Of a stretch of 64,000 nt of DNA, positions 12,874-24,648 are shown piece after piece. This stretch comes from Octopus sinensis (Eukaryota). The DNA is taken from assembly GCF_006345805.1 (NCBI RefSeq), contig NC_043000.1, positions 17,174,001-17,238,000 on the forward strand, written 5' to 3'. A program made the position numbers and the translations under genes. Under the pieces are notes generated by a model. The model was not told the origin of the DNA. It was given only the letters and a program-made list of their open reading frames with translations, and did not search any database. How positions within the stretch are numbered: the stretch's first letter is position 1; each line of letters starts with the position of its first letter.

Positions 12874-13166
12874 TATTAATTATTATTATTATTATTATTG
12901 TTATTATTATTATTATTGTTGTTATTATTATTGTTGTTATTATTATTGTTATTATTATTATTATTATTATTATTGTTGTTGTTATTATTATTATTATTGT
13001 TATCATTATTATTATTGTTATTATTATTGTTATTATTATTATTGTTGTTATTATTATTGTTATTATTATTATTATTGTTATCATTATTATTATTGTTATT
13101 ATTATTGTTATTATTATTGTTATTATTATTATTGTTGTTATTATTATTGTTGTTATTATTATTATA

Positions 13167-13198
<32 letters not shown>

Positions 13199-13260
13199 TA
13201 TTATTATTGTTATTATTATTATTATTATTTTATTGTTGTTATTGTTGCTATTGCTATTGT
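12874..13260. repeat. (TTA/TTG)n microsatellite
   Basis: Direct reading; source of poly-I/L/Y ORFs. Confidence 0.95.
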
Positions 13261-13902
13261 GTAACTCCTGCTCGGTATAATTATGATCGATCAAAACTAT
13301 ATTGATATTCATGCTTTTAGCCCTGGGTCAGTCCTTATCGAACGGACCAGTAGGTGAAAGCTTTCCTTCCCTTGACCATCCCATCTTTTTTTTTACGAGT
13401 ATGTAGTAGAGTCTAATGCATCTTCACCTTGTATCGGTCGATTAGGTGTGAGCTGAATGAGATTTGGCTGCTATTTCTAGCAAGCTCTGCAACTATTCGT
13501 TGGCTACTTGTTGTTGTTGCTATTGATGCGGCTGCTGCTGCTTCTGCAGTTGCTGTCGTTCAGTGCTAGGATAGCCCTGGCCGATTAGATGATCTATGAT
13601 GTTCAAAAGCATTCCATTCATGGCCGTCACGTGCGAGCAGAGTAACGTAGCTAGAGAGGGACGATAGGCACAGTCTGCTCTGTGCAGTGCTTTTAGGGGG
13701 CAGCTCTTATGAGCCTGTTGTATAAATCTGTATAGGTCAAGCTCAAGGACTTCCCCGGGCTGCAGACACTCTAGTTACGTCACTGTCCTAGCAGACAGTG
13801 AATTACATAATCCAGCGTATCTTCCCCGTTACATAACAATAAAGCAGTCGTTCTCAACCGGGATCCATATCCCCCCCCCACCCGGGGTAGGGAGTCTATA
13901 CT

Positions 13903-14117
13903 CTTTTACTTTCTCTTTTACTTGTTTCAGTCATTTGACTGCGGCCATGCTGGAGCACCGCCTTTTAGTCGAGCAACTCGACCCGGGACTTATTCTTTTG
14001 TACCGTACTTATTCTATGGGCTTTTTGCCGAACCGTTAAGTGACGGGGACGTAAACACCCGCATCGGTTGTCAAGCAATGCTAGGGGGACAAACACAGAC
14101 ACACACACATATACACC

Positions 14118-14180
<63 letters not shown>

Positions 14181-14362
14181 ACATATATATATACACGAGG
14201 CTTCTTTCAGTTTCCGTCTACCAAATCCACTCACAAGGCATCATTGGTCGGCCCGGGGCTATAGCAAAGACTTTGCCCAAGATGCCACGCAGTGGGATTG
14301 AACCCGGAACCATGTGGTTGGTAAGCAAGCTACTTACAAAACACAGTCACTCCTGCGCCTAT
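13903..14362 (-). mobile_element. SINE family A, full length
   Basis: Reverse complement of the 2094 copy. Confidence 0.85.
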
Positions 14363-14449
14363 ATAAAATTTTGTTGTTAGCATTTATGTTTTAAGAGGTT
14401 GGTATTATATTTCTACGGCACAAAATATTTTAAGAAATTTTTTATACAT

Positions 14450-14615
14450 AGGCGCAGGTGTGGCTGTCTGGCAAGAAGCTTGCTTCCCTACCACATGGTT
14501 CCGGGTTCAGTCTCACTGTGGGACACCTTCGGCAGGTGTCTTCAACTATAGCCTGGGGCTTACCAAAGCCTTCTGGGTGGATTTGGTAGACGGAATCTAA
14601 AAGAACCCGTCATGT
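14450..14615 (+). mobile_element. SINE family A, 5' half
   Basis: taggcgcaggtgtggctg...aaagaacccgtc. Confidence 0.75.
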
Positions 14616-14629
14616 ATATATATATATAT

Positions 14630-15571
14630 ATAATAGTGTAATAAATAAAATATATGCATACATACATACATATATGTACGTACCTACATCTACATGTATA
14701 TATACATGCATATATAAATATATATACGTGAGTACAGGATACCACAAATTAGACGTAGAACTCGACGAGAAACGAAAACGTAAAAACAAGCATGGAACGG
14801 ACATTTTTTTAACAACAAAAAAACAGAGTACAAGACAACAACACACAGGAAAAATCCCCTTCATCAGCTGTCCCTAGTTCAACTCCAGCGTGTTCGAGGT
14901 GAGGACAGAACACGACTCGTCGAACTAATCCTTCCTGCGAAAGAATGAAATAAATTCCTTTGCAGAGGGGTAAAAACAAGGAAAAAATTGTTGACAAAAA
15001 CAGGACGTAAAAACAATACAATTAAAACAAATACAAAATAAAAATACAATTACAAAAAATACAGTACAAGAAGGAATAAAAACAGGACAGGAAAACAAAC
15101 AATGAGGGCCTTTACCTAGACGAGGAAAAATTCACGAGCGCAGGAGAAACATGTTTACTTGAAGGAAGCCGCCAGCGAAAGGAAGTTCGTCGACCCGGCT
15201 GTGAGAGAGATGAGGAGGAGTGAGAGAGAGGGAGATAGAGAGGAAGGAAGCCAAAGAGGGTGAAAGAAAGAGAGAAGAAAGAGTTATAGAGTTTCGCGTC
15301 ATAATTATATATAAAAACTTGCTTAGAGAAGAAGAAACGAAACGAAACGAATCGAATCGAATCGACGCGAGGGCGTTCAGTCATACAATAGTGTAATAAA
15401 TAAAATATATGCATACATACATACATATATGTACGTACCTACATCTACATGTATATATACATGCATATATATAAATATATATACGTGAGTACAGGACACC
15501 ACAAATAGACGTAGAACTCAACGAGAAACGAAAACGTAAAAACAAGCATGGAACGGACATTTTTTTAACAA
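14630..15571 (-). mobile_element. Element with ~185-bp terminal direct repeats, probably Penelope-like
   Basis: aatagtgtaataaataaaa...ggaacggacattttttaacaac at ~14630-14818 and ~15388-15571; bounded by (TA)n. Confidence 0.5.
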
Positions 15572-15622
15572 CGAATATGTATATATTAATATATATATAA
15601 ATATATATATATACATATTCGT

Positions 15623-15692
<70 letters not shown>

Positions 15693-15824
15693 GCATATAT
15701 GGGTACAAGACGTCACCCACAGTAAACAACATGAAATACGAAAACAAATAAGTTAAATACGCAAGTAATGAGAGAAAAATGGAACACAAAACACTACTCC
15801 CCATTTCGATATATATATATGTAT

Positions 15825-16030
15825 TCTTTTAATTGTTTCAGTCATTTGACTGAGGACATGCTGGAGCACCACATTTAATCGATCGACCGCAGGACTTATT
15901 CTTTATAAGCCTAGTACTTATTCAATCGGTCTCCTTTGCCGAACCGCTAAGTTACGGGGATGTAAACACGGCAGCATCGGTTGACAAGCGATGTTTGGGG
16001 GGGGGGGGGGCAAACGCAGACACACAAACA
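15825..16030 (-). mobile_element. SINE family A, 3' half
   Basis: ttgtttcagtcatttgact...caaacgcagacacac. Confidence 0.75.
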
Positions 16031-16076
16031 TATACACACACAAACATACATACATAGATACATAGATACATAGATA

Positions 16077-17365
16077 TCAGGTCATCCCATAAGTTCTCTC
16101 GGAATTTTGAATAAAGAAAACAAGTGATCAAATGTTATATTTAATTGAACTTTAATCATCAATGTACTTTCCCTCATTATCTATGACTTCCTTCCATCTA
16201 TTTACAAGCTTTTTAATCCCATCAATGTAAAACTCTTTTGGTTTCAAAGCGAAGAACTCCGAAATGTCAGTTTCGACCTCCTCCTGGCTTGCGAAAGTTA
16301 TGTCCCCCAAATGATTCTGTAAACTACGAAATAAATGGTAGCCTGAAGGAGCAAGGTCGGGAGAATAAGGTGGAAAAGGAATTTTTTCTCAACCAAGCTC
16401 TTCGATCTTCTGTGATGTGATCTTTGCAGTGTGGGGTCGCGTATTGTCCCGATGAAACATCACTCCTTTTAGATTCACTAAAGCGGGTCTTTTTTTCTTC
16501 AAAGCTTGGTTCAAATGCTCTAATTGCTGACAGTAGTCTTGAGCATTCATTGTTGCATGAGGTGGCAACAATTCAAAGTGAGTTACTCCTTTGAAATCCC
16601 ACCAGATAGAGAGAAGAGCCTTTTTCCTATGAAGTTCCCTTTTTTGTTGTGGTTGAGCTTTTCCCCTTTTACCAAGCCACTGTTTACGACGTTTAACATT
16701 TCGATAGAAGATCCATTTTTCCTCACCAGTCACAAGTCTATCAAAAAATGGTGAAATGAGTTCGCAAGAATGGAGAGAAGAGCAGATGTCAACTCGGGAC
16801 TTGCGGTTGCTTTCGGACAAATCATGAGGCATCCATTTTCCAAGTTTAGGAACTTTTCCAAGTTGTTGAAGATGACGATGAACAGTTGTATGGTTTGAAC
16901 TAAGATTTATTGCCAATTCTTCAACTGATAATGCAGGATTTTCTTCAAGTAATACCTCAAGGAGCTTATCATCAAACTCAACTGGACGTCCTATTCGATC
17001 TTCATCTTCAAGGCTGAAATCTCTATTTCTGAATTTTGCAAATCATCTTTTGCAAGTTCTTTCATTCAAGCACTCTTTCCCATAAACTGAGTGTATGTTT
17101 CGAGTCGCTTCGGCTGCAGGGTTTCCTTTTTTGTACTCATAAAGCATTATGTGCCTTCAATGCTCTTTGGATACTTCCATGTTAGAAAGGGTTTTAATCA
17201 AAGAAATTTTAGTTCTATTATTCTGTAAAATAATATTTAATTAGCTTAAATGTACACAAATGCATAAAAATAATTTTTAATTCCATTAGACATTCTAAAA
17301 TACTATTAAATTTCATTCAATTTTAAAAAAAGGTGAAATCGGACAGAACTTATGGGATAACCTGA
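16077..17365 (-). mobile_element. Full-length mariner (DD34D-type) transposon, inactive
   Basis: 1289 bp; TIRs tcaggtcatcccataagttct / agaacttatgggataacctga; TA TSD at 16075-16076 and 17366-17367. Confidence 0.92.
16152..17180 (-). pseudogene. Mariner transposase pseudogene
   Basis: MEVSKEH*RHIMLYEY start, KLGKWMPHDL, RLVTGEEKW, FHRDNTRPH, YSPDLAPSGYHLFRSLQN; stops and frameshifts; first and third catalytic Asp changed. Confidence 0.9.
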
Positions 17366-17877
17366 TATTTAGATTTAGAAAATATTAGCTCTTATTAAAA
17401 CTAAAAATTTTATTACAAGTTATTACTTCTATTAAAAATAAAAATAACTCAAAATATTTTTTACACTTTAGAAACATTCATTTTTCAAATTAGTAATTAA
17501 TAATTAGAAATTTGAAAATAAATTATGAAACATAATAGTAGTGCGGAATTAGTACAATAGAATACAAAAATTAGTTATGTATTACTGTAAAATCTACTAT
17601 AACAACAAATTCACAGCAAAATTTGCTTGAGTTATTGCCTAAGTTATGGCCAAGCCTTCACATTTTAAATCTTGAACAGTGCCTATTTTTTACATAATGA
17701 ATTTTCCTACCATATATACTATTCTACTTTGCATAAAACTTTAGCTATATTGTTACTTCTGGCGCTCATTTTTTAAGTATTATAGTATGTAAATATTTTA
17801 ACAAAATGATGGTACCTTTTTTAGTTATAATGTTACTGAGTAAATTAAATTCAAATAATTTTTAATTTACCCTTTCA

Positions 17878-18127
17878 CTCATTTACTTGTTTCAGTCATT
17901 TGACTGCGGCCATGCTGAAGCACCGCCTTTAGTCGAGCAAATCGACCCCAGGACTTATTCTTTGTAAGCCAAGTACTTATTCTATCGGTCTCTTTTGCCG
18001 AATCGCTACGTTACGGGGACGTAAACACACCACTATCGGTTGTCAAGCGATGTTGGGGGAACAAACACAGACACACACATACACACACACACATACACAC
18101 ACACACATACACACACACACATCCCAC

Positions 18128-18170
<43 letters not shown>

Positions 18171-18409
18171 GAAAAAGGAAATGAAGAAAATGCTGACAAA
18201 ATAATTTAAGTAATTTAAGTAATTTAATTAGGTAAAAGTTCTTTTTACCGGTTGCGCATTTGTTATGCTTATCAAAAGATAAAATGCGCAACCGGTAACA
18301 AGAACTTTTACCTAATTAAATTACTTAAATTACTTAAATTATTTTGTCAGCATTTTCTTCATTTCCTTTTTCATATATCACAACTTGTGTTCCACATCTC
18401 CTTTTTTAA

Positions 18410-18448
<39 letters not shown>

Positions 18449-18603
18449 CGACGGGCTTCTTTCAGTTTCCGTCTACCAAATCCACTCACAAGGCTTTGGT
18501 CGGCCCGAGGCTATAGTAGAAGACACTTTCCCGCAGTGGGATTGAACCCGGAACCATGTGATTGGTAAGCAAGCTACTTACAACACAGCCGCTCCCGCGC
18601 CTG
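17878..18603 (-). mobile_element. SINE family A interrupted by a palindromic insertion
   Basis: 3' half 17878-18070, 5' half 18447-18603, insert 18165-18410 in central microsatellite. Confidence 0.8.
18165..18410. mobile_element. Fold-back mini-element with variant hammerhead-like motif
   Basis: 97-bp arms 18165-18261/18282-18378, one mismatch, 20-nt spacer; minus strand TTGATAA-GCAT-aacaa-ATGC-GCAAC-CG-GTA. Confidence 0.7.
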
Positions 18604-19118
18604 TGAATATTCAAATTTTTGTTGCATAGGACCAAAACTATGAAATTCTTCACGCTTTCTTCTATCATTGAAGCTAAGATAAATATATTTTGCTTTTAAA
18701 ATAAAAAAGTTATTTAGATCTAAACTTGATTGGAGGTGTTACTTACTCTCCTATAATGTTGCTACAAATGTTGATGTAAACTTTTTTTCTACTGGACCAA
18801 TTCGCAATTTTTTAATGCCCAAATGTAGCTAGGAACTAGTCCTCTTCAAAAACGTTAACGGTTTTCCACTTGGTTAAGAATTGAATTAGTGACAAGCTCT
18901 GAAGATGCTGCGTTTGAGTAAATTGCGGCCTACCACCGTAGATGAATGATTTACATATCTATGAATAAAAAACAGGCCGAGTTGTGTAAACAAAGACAAT
19001 TAAATGTCTAAACAACATAGTAGATAAATTCATATTTTTATAAAGTTATATAACGGTGGGTTCTTTGTCAATTTCGACAATAAACATTCAAAGGTTCGAT
19101 CAAATGCATTCCCTGCTC

Positions 19119-19445
19119 ATGACTCAGTGGTTAGAACGTTGGGCTCACATTCATGTGGTAGAGAGTTCGAATCCTGCACCGGTCTCTATGTTGTCTTCTT
19201 GAGCAAGAGACTTTATTTCACGTTGCTCCGGTTCACTCAGCTGTAGAAATGAGTTGCGACGTCACAGGTGCCAAGCTATGTTGGCTTTTGTCTTTCTCGT
19301 GAATAACATCGGTGGCGTGGAGAAGGGAGGCTGGTATGCATGTGCTACTGTTGGTCTTCCATAAACAACCTTGCTGGACTTGTGCCTTGGAGGGTAACTT
19401 TCTAGGTGCAATCCCATGGTCATTCATAACCGAAGGGGATCTTTA
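19119..19445 (+). mobile_element. tRNA-derived SINE family D (long form)
   Basis: catgactcagtggttag...gagttcgaatcc head; cttgagcaagagactttatttcacgttgctc...; homologous to 57949-58275. Confidence 0.8.
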
Positions 19446-19631
19446 CTCTTTACCCATTAAAAGTGCCTGAGTATTCCGCAATTGTGTATGTTTAATGCAT
19501 TTTTCAGGCCAAATCAGTGTGACAACGTATGATGACACTACACTGTTGAATTAGTGGTATAAACCATCTAATGGTTTTCCATCTGCTCAGTTTCACTCAA
19601 AAGGTTTGCGTCGATCCAGTGCATATATTAT

Positions 19632-19870
19632 GGAGGCGCGTGGATTAGAGGTTAGAGGCGTTGCACTTATGATCGTGAGGTTGTGGTTTCGATTCCTGGG
19701 CCAGGCGACGCGTCGTAGTCTTGAGCAAAGTACTACATTTCACGTAATTCCACTCCACTCCACTCAATTGGCGAAAATGAGTTATTCCGCGACGAACTGG
19801 CATCCAGTCCTAGAAGGAATACATGCAGTGCAGTATTCGGGAAACCGGCCTTATGAGCCTATGGTTCTGG
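19632..19870 (+). mobile_element. SINE family D (short form)
   Basis: ggaggcgcgtgg..tagaggttag...gggaaaccggccttatgagcc. Confidence 0.7.
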
Positions 19871-20214
19871 AAGAACCTTTGTTCCATTTTTTCTTACATT
19901 CCTTTTTTTTGTTTTGTTTTTTGAGTGTTCGTTTCAGGCATTGTGATCGAACCTGGGATCTCATGATTGCGAAATGAACTTCTGAACCACTCTGCCATGC
20001 CTGCGTCCACTCGTACAGAACTTGTATGTGATATGTACACACACGTGCACACGTGCGCACACGCGCGCTCATACAAACATATTTTTGTTTGTCAAAATAT
20101 GTTTTGCATATTGTCCCATAATGTTGTAATTTTTTTTTGTCGACAATTAATGAACTAATGCCAACTGTTTATTCTGTGTAGAATAATAATGATTACAAAT
20201 TTTGGGCACAAGGC

Positions 20215-20400
20215 CAGCAATTTCGAGCGCGGGGGTAAATCGATTACATCGATATCATTGCTCAACTGGTACTTATCTTATAGACCTCGAAAGGTTGAAA
20301 AGCAAAGATGTTTTCGGCGGAATTTGAACTGAGGAATGTAAAGACGGACGAAATGCGGCTAAACATTTTATCCGGCGTGCAAACGATTCTGCTTGCCGCC
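20215..20400 (-). mobile_element. SINE family C
   Basis: Reverse complement of aaggcggc.ag...ttctgagttcaaattccgcc...taagtaccagtt. Confidence 0.7.
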
Positions 20401-20559
20401 TTCCTGTGTAGAATAGTAAGTCTATAACTATGAAACTGATTGCATGTAAAAGAAAACGCTTCTTCTTCATTCACCTTTTTTGTGAATGTAACTTTGATCA
20501 GGAGGAATTGATGTCATCATTGGTGATATTCCATTGGTGTTTCGAACTTGAACTGTAAG

Positions 20560-20850
20560 AATTTCCTGTGGTTGGATCGGAAGAGGTGGTCAAATCAATG
20601 CTCATCTTCTCCACCTGGCTTCCAGCTTAGCTCTTCTCTTACTCCATAGCTAGTAAGAGGTTTTTTTATGCCGACTCTCCCATCCTGCCCTCAACTGCCT
20701 TTCTCTCCTTTCCTCTTATCCTATTGGCTGTAAATATTTTACATTGCCAGAGTAGAGAAGCCAACTTCAACAGGAAATAATCATTCCTTCCATTGCTTCT
20801 CTCTTTAGTCTTGTAAAACATTCTTGTACATGGCACGTTTCCAATCAAAG
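20560..20850 (-). pseudogene. Restriction-like-endonuclease non-LTR retrotransposon 3' remnant (HERO-like)
   Basis: FPVEVG and KAVEGRMGESA*KTSY*LWSKR resemble the PVEVGCRG and AEKASxWLWxKR C-terminal motifs. Confidence 0.5.
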
Positions 20851-20953
20851 GTGCGATCGCACCTTTATTCCCACGAGACTATGAGTTCGATGAGTTTTAT
20901 TGTGTTATTTCATTTGCGCGCAATAGATTAGACTGTTGGAAAAATTCCTAACA

Positions 20954-21362
20954 TAGGCGCAGGAGTGGCTGTGTGGTAAGTAGCTTGTTTACCAACCGCA
21001 TGGTTCCGGGTTCAGTCCCACTGCGTGGCATCTTGGGCAAGTGTCTTCTGCTATAGCCCCGGGCCGACCAATGCCTTATGAGTGGATTTGGTAGACGGAA
21101 ACTGAAAGAAGCCCGTCGTATATATGTATATATATATATGCGTGTGTGTGTTTGTGTGTCTGTGTTTGTCCCCCTAGCATTGCTTGACAACCTATGCTGG
21201 TGTGTTTATGTCCCCGTTACTTAGCGGTTCGGCAAAAGAGACCGATAGAATAAGTACTGGGCTTACAAAAGAATAAGTCCCGGGGTCGATCTGCTCGACT
21301 AAAGGCGGTGCTCCAGCATGGCCTCAGTCAAATGACTGAAACAAGTAAAAGAGTAAAAGAGA
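20954..21362 (+). mobile_element. SINE family A, full length
   Basis: High similarity to 2094 copy. Confidence 0.88.
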
Positions 21363-21810
21363 GAGAGTAACACATCGGACTAACATTTGCGTTTTCTGAC
21401 ACCAAAACTGCTCAGGGTTGTCTGGACGACCTGCGGAAACCACAGTATTTCTCCCAGTTCTACTTTCTTATCCCATGAGTGGGGCTCTTGTTGTAGAATA
21501 CTTGTTCTTTTTGCTGTCATCCCTGGCTTTTCTCCTTCGCTCACGAACTTGATGGCTGGTGTTGTTTACCTTTGCAAAAAGAAGTTCCTTGATAAAGATT
21601 TAGCATTATCAGTTCTAAAGACAGTCTTTAGTGATGCTATACTGTTGATGATAGTAATGATAAATAATTTATACATAGAAATTATGCTAGATAGTTAAAA
21701 AGTGGGGCGTGCAGGGGAATTGAATAACTCAGACTTCGTTAAGGAAACTATTTGTGTATAATGATTTCCTATGTAGGCACAAGGCCAAAAATTTAGAAGA
21801 AGCAAACAGT

Positions 21811-21997
21811 CTCTTTTACTTGTTTAAGTTATTAGACTGTGGCCATACTGGAGCACCGCCTTTAGTCAAGCAAATCGACCCCAAGACTTATTCTAGCGGT
21901 CTCTTTTGCCGAACCGCTAAGTTACGGGGACGTAAGCACACCAGCATCGGTTGTTAAGCGATGTTGGGGGGACAAACACAGACACACAAACACACAC

Positions 21998-22035
<38 letters not shown>

Positions 22036-22200
22036 GGCGGGCTTCTTTCAGTTTCCGTCTACCAAATCCACTCACAAGGCCTTGGTCGGCCCGAGGCTAT
22101 AGTAGAAGACACATGCCCAAGGTGCCACGCAGTGGGACTGAACCCGAAACCATGTGGTCCGTAAGCAAGCTACTTACCACACAGCCACTCCTACGCCTAT
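21811..22200 (-). mobile_element. SINE family A
   Basis: Reverse complement match with small internal deletions. Confidence 0.85.
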
Positions 22201-22749
22201 TGTACATCGATCACCAGTACTTAACTGGTACTTATTTCATCGAGCTGCACGGATATAAAACAAAGTCACTTCGATACGGTTTGATTTTAATACGGCAAAA
22301 GCCACTACTAAATGCGGTACAACAATTAAGTTGTCTGACGCTCTAACGACTCTGTCAATAAAAGAACTAGACAAATCGATACTGATGTTTTGGCGATTAG
22401 GATTCAGTCGTTCGATCAATTGAATGCCATGCTCATTGAGTTACTGTGTATGTGGCTGAGTATTCCTCAGACACATGTAACTATAACATAATTCTCAGGC
22501 AGAATCAGTTTGAGAGTGTGTAGATTACAAACATAATCTATCCACTGGTCTTCTACACGGTTTCCGTCTCTCCAATTTCTCACACACAGTATGGTCCGAT
22601 CCGAGGGTTGCCGAAGGTGTCACACAATGGAATCGAACTCGCACTTTGTAGCTGCGAAGCGAATTTCTTTATCATTCGGCCATACTATGCCTGCCTCCAT
22701 AAGATCAACATGACATCAACATACTAAGGACATTACATAAACAAAGCTT

Positions 22750-22935
22750 CAGGCGCAGGGGGGCAGCAGAATCGTTTGTATGCTGGGCAAAATGCTTAGC
22801 GACATTTTGTCCAGTTTTACGTTCTGGGTTCAAATTAAGCCGAGGTCGATTTGCCTTTCATCTTTTTGGGGTCGATGTAGTCAACTAGTCCCTATCTCCG
22901 AAATTGCTGCTTTTGTGCTAAAATTTGAAACCAAT
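22750..22935 (+). mobile_element. SINE family C, diverged
   Basis: ggcagcagaatcgtt...gaggtcgatttgcctttcatc. Confidence 0.65.
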
Positions 22936-22937
22936 AT

Positions 22938-23126
22938 ATAGGCGCAGCAGAGTTGTGTGTTTAAGAAGCCCGCCTTGAAACCATGTGTTTTCGGGTTCAG
23001 TCCTAGTCAGTGGCACCTTCTACTATAGCCCCGGAGCGACCAGTGCCTTGTAAGTGAATTTGGTCGACGAACTGTGGAAGACCGCTGTAAATATGTGTGT
23101 GTGTGTGTGTGTGTGTGCGTGCGCGC

Positions 23127-23175
<49 letters not shown>

Positions 23176-23400
23176 TGTGTGTCATTGTGTGTGTGTCCTC
23201 CTTCCTACCGTTTGATAAACGGTGTTGGTTTGTTTATATCCCCGTTACATAACAGTTCAGTAAAAGCGACCAAAAGAATAAATACCTGACCTAAGAAAAT
23301 GTACTGGGGCCGATTTCTTCGACTAATTCTCCAATGCAGTTCCCCAGCATAATCTCAGTTCAGTGACTGGAACAAGTCGCAGAATATCAATATCAACATA
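22938..23400 (+). mobile_element. SINE family A, diverged
   Basis: taggcgcagcagagttgtgtg...gttcagtgactggaacaagt with central (TG)n. Confidence 0.6.
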
Positions 23401-23532
23401 ATAAACTGCATCACATTAACATAACAACGTAGTTGTCCATTCTCTCTGCTGTAGGCATATGGCCTGAAATATTGGGGGATGGGGCTAATCGATTATATCG
23501 ACCTCAGTGCTCAACTGGTACTTGTTTTATCT

Positions 23533-23952
23533 AAGGCGGCGAGCTGGCAGAAACGTTAGCAACCCGGGCGAAATGCTTATCGGTATTTCGTTTGCCGTTA
23601 CGTTCTGAGTTCAAATTCTGCCGAGGTCGACTTTGCCTTTCATCCTTTCGGGGTCGATTAAATAAGTACAGTTACGCACTGGGATCGATATAATCGACTT
23701 AATCCGTTTGTCTGTCCTTGTTCGTCCTCTCTGTGTTTAGCCCCTTGTGGGTAGTAAAGAAATAGGTATTTCGCCTGCCGTTATATTCTGAGTTCAAATT
23801 CCGCCGAGGTCGACTTTGCCATTCATCCTTTCGGGGTCGATTAAATAAGTACCAGTTACGCACTGGGGTTGATAAAATCGACTTAATCCGTTTGTCTGTC
23901 CTTGTTTGTCCCTTCTGTGTTAAGCCCCTTGTGGGTAGTAAAGAAATAGGTA
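23533..23952 (+). mobile_element. SINE family C tandem dimer
   Basis: aaggcggcgagctggcagaaacgttagc head, then two ~185-bp units ending gtgggtagtaaagaaatagg. Confidence 0.85.
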
Positions 23953-24045
23953 CTTGTTTTATCTAATCTGAAAGGCTGAAAAGCAAAGTAGCCCTCGGCG
24001 GAATTTGAACTCAGGTCCAGCGGTGATTAATGAAGACTGAGTTAG

Positions 24046-24600
24046 CTACACGGCTGATTGGGATTTACATGTATATTGATCGATGAAGTTGATTCTGGCT
24101 CTGAAATGTCGGTTGCATGTAGGGCACATTAGTACTAGTAGCGTAGACTGGACCCGGTTTGCGCACACGCGCAGACGCGCGTCCGTGCTAGCCAGACGTA
24201 GGCAGTCGATCCTACGAGCTGACTGGCGCATGCGCGATATATACGATATATACTTGTATCGATATATACGATACTTGTATATATACGATATATACTTGTA
24301 TCGTACGTCCCCGATTCGCGCGATACAAGTATATATCGTATACAAGTATATATCGTATATATTGTGCATGCGCCAGTCAGCTCGTAGGATCGACTGCCTA
24401 CGTCTGGCTAGCACGGACGCACGTCTGCGCGTGTTCGCAAACCGGGTCCAGTCTACGCCACTAGTACCGGGCACATTTTGCTTGTGACTTCCTTTCGGTT
24501 GACTGGACTTTGCAGAATTTCCTTTTTGGTTTCTTCCGAGGATTTTGCGCCTTTAACGATGCTGGTACATCATAAGGATGTGTTCTGAGCAAGCTGCCTC
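24046..24600 (-). pseudogene. RTE LINE 3' remnant interrupted by the foldback element
   Basis: Removing 24131-24468 and one TSD restores MCPTCNRHFRARIN, a decayed RTE terminal C2H2-like motif. Confidence 0.55.
24131..24468. mobile_element. 338-bp foldback MITE with 9-bp TSD (Mutator/FB-like)
   Basis: TSD GGGCACATT at 24122-24130 and 24469-24477; long TIRs (a/g)gtactagt(a/g)gcgtagactggacccgg...; internal tandem tatatacgatatatacttgtat modules. Confidence 0.85.
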
Positions 24601-24648
24601 GAGGTTCTTAGTCAATATTCATAGGTTTCAAATATTATTTACAAGCGT

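Noticed and set aside
11976-13312. Gly/Val-rich, poly-His, poly-Ile and poly-Leu ORFs
   Set aside because: Trinucleotide microsatellites.
20847-20866. Perfect 20-bp palindrome AAAGGTGCGATCGCACCTTT
   Set aside because: Isolated, at the edge of a LINE remnant; no function assignable.
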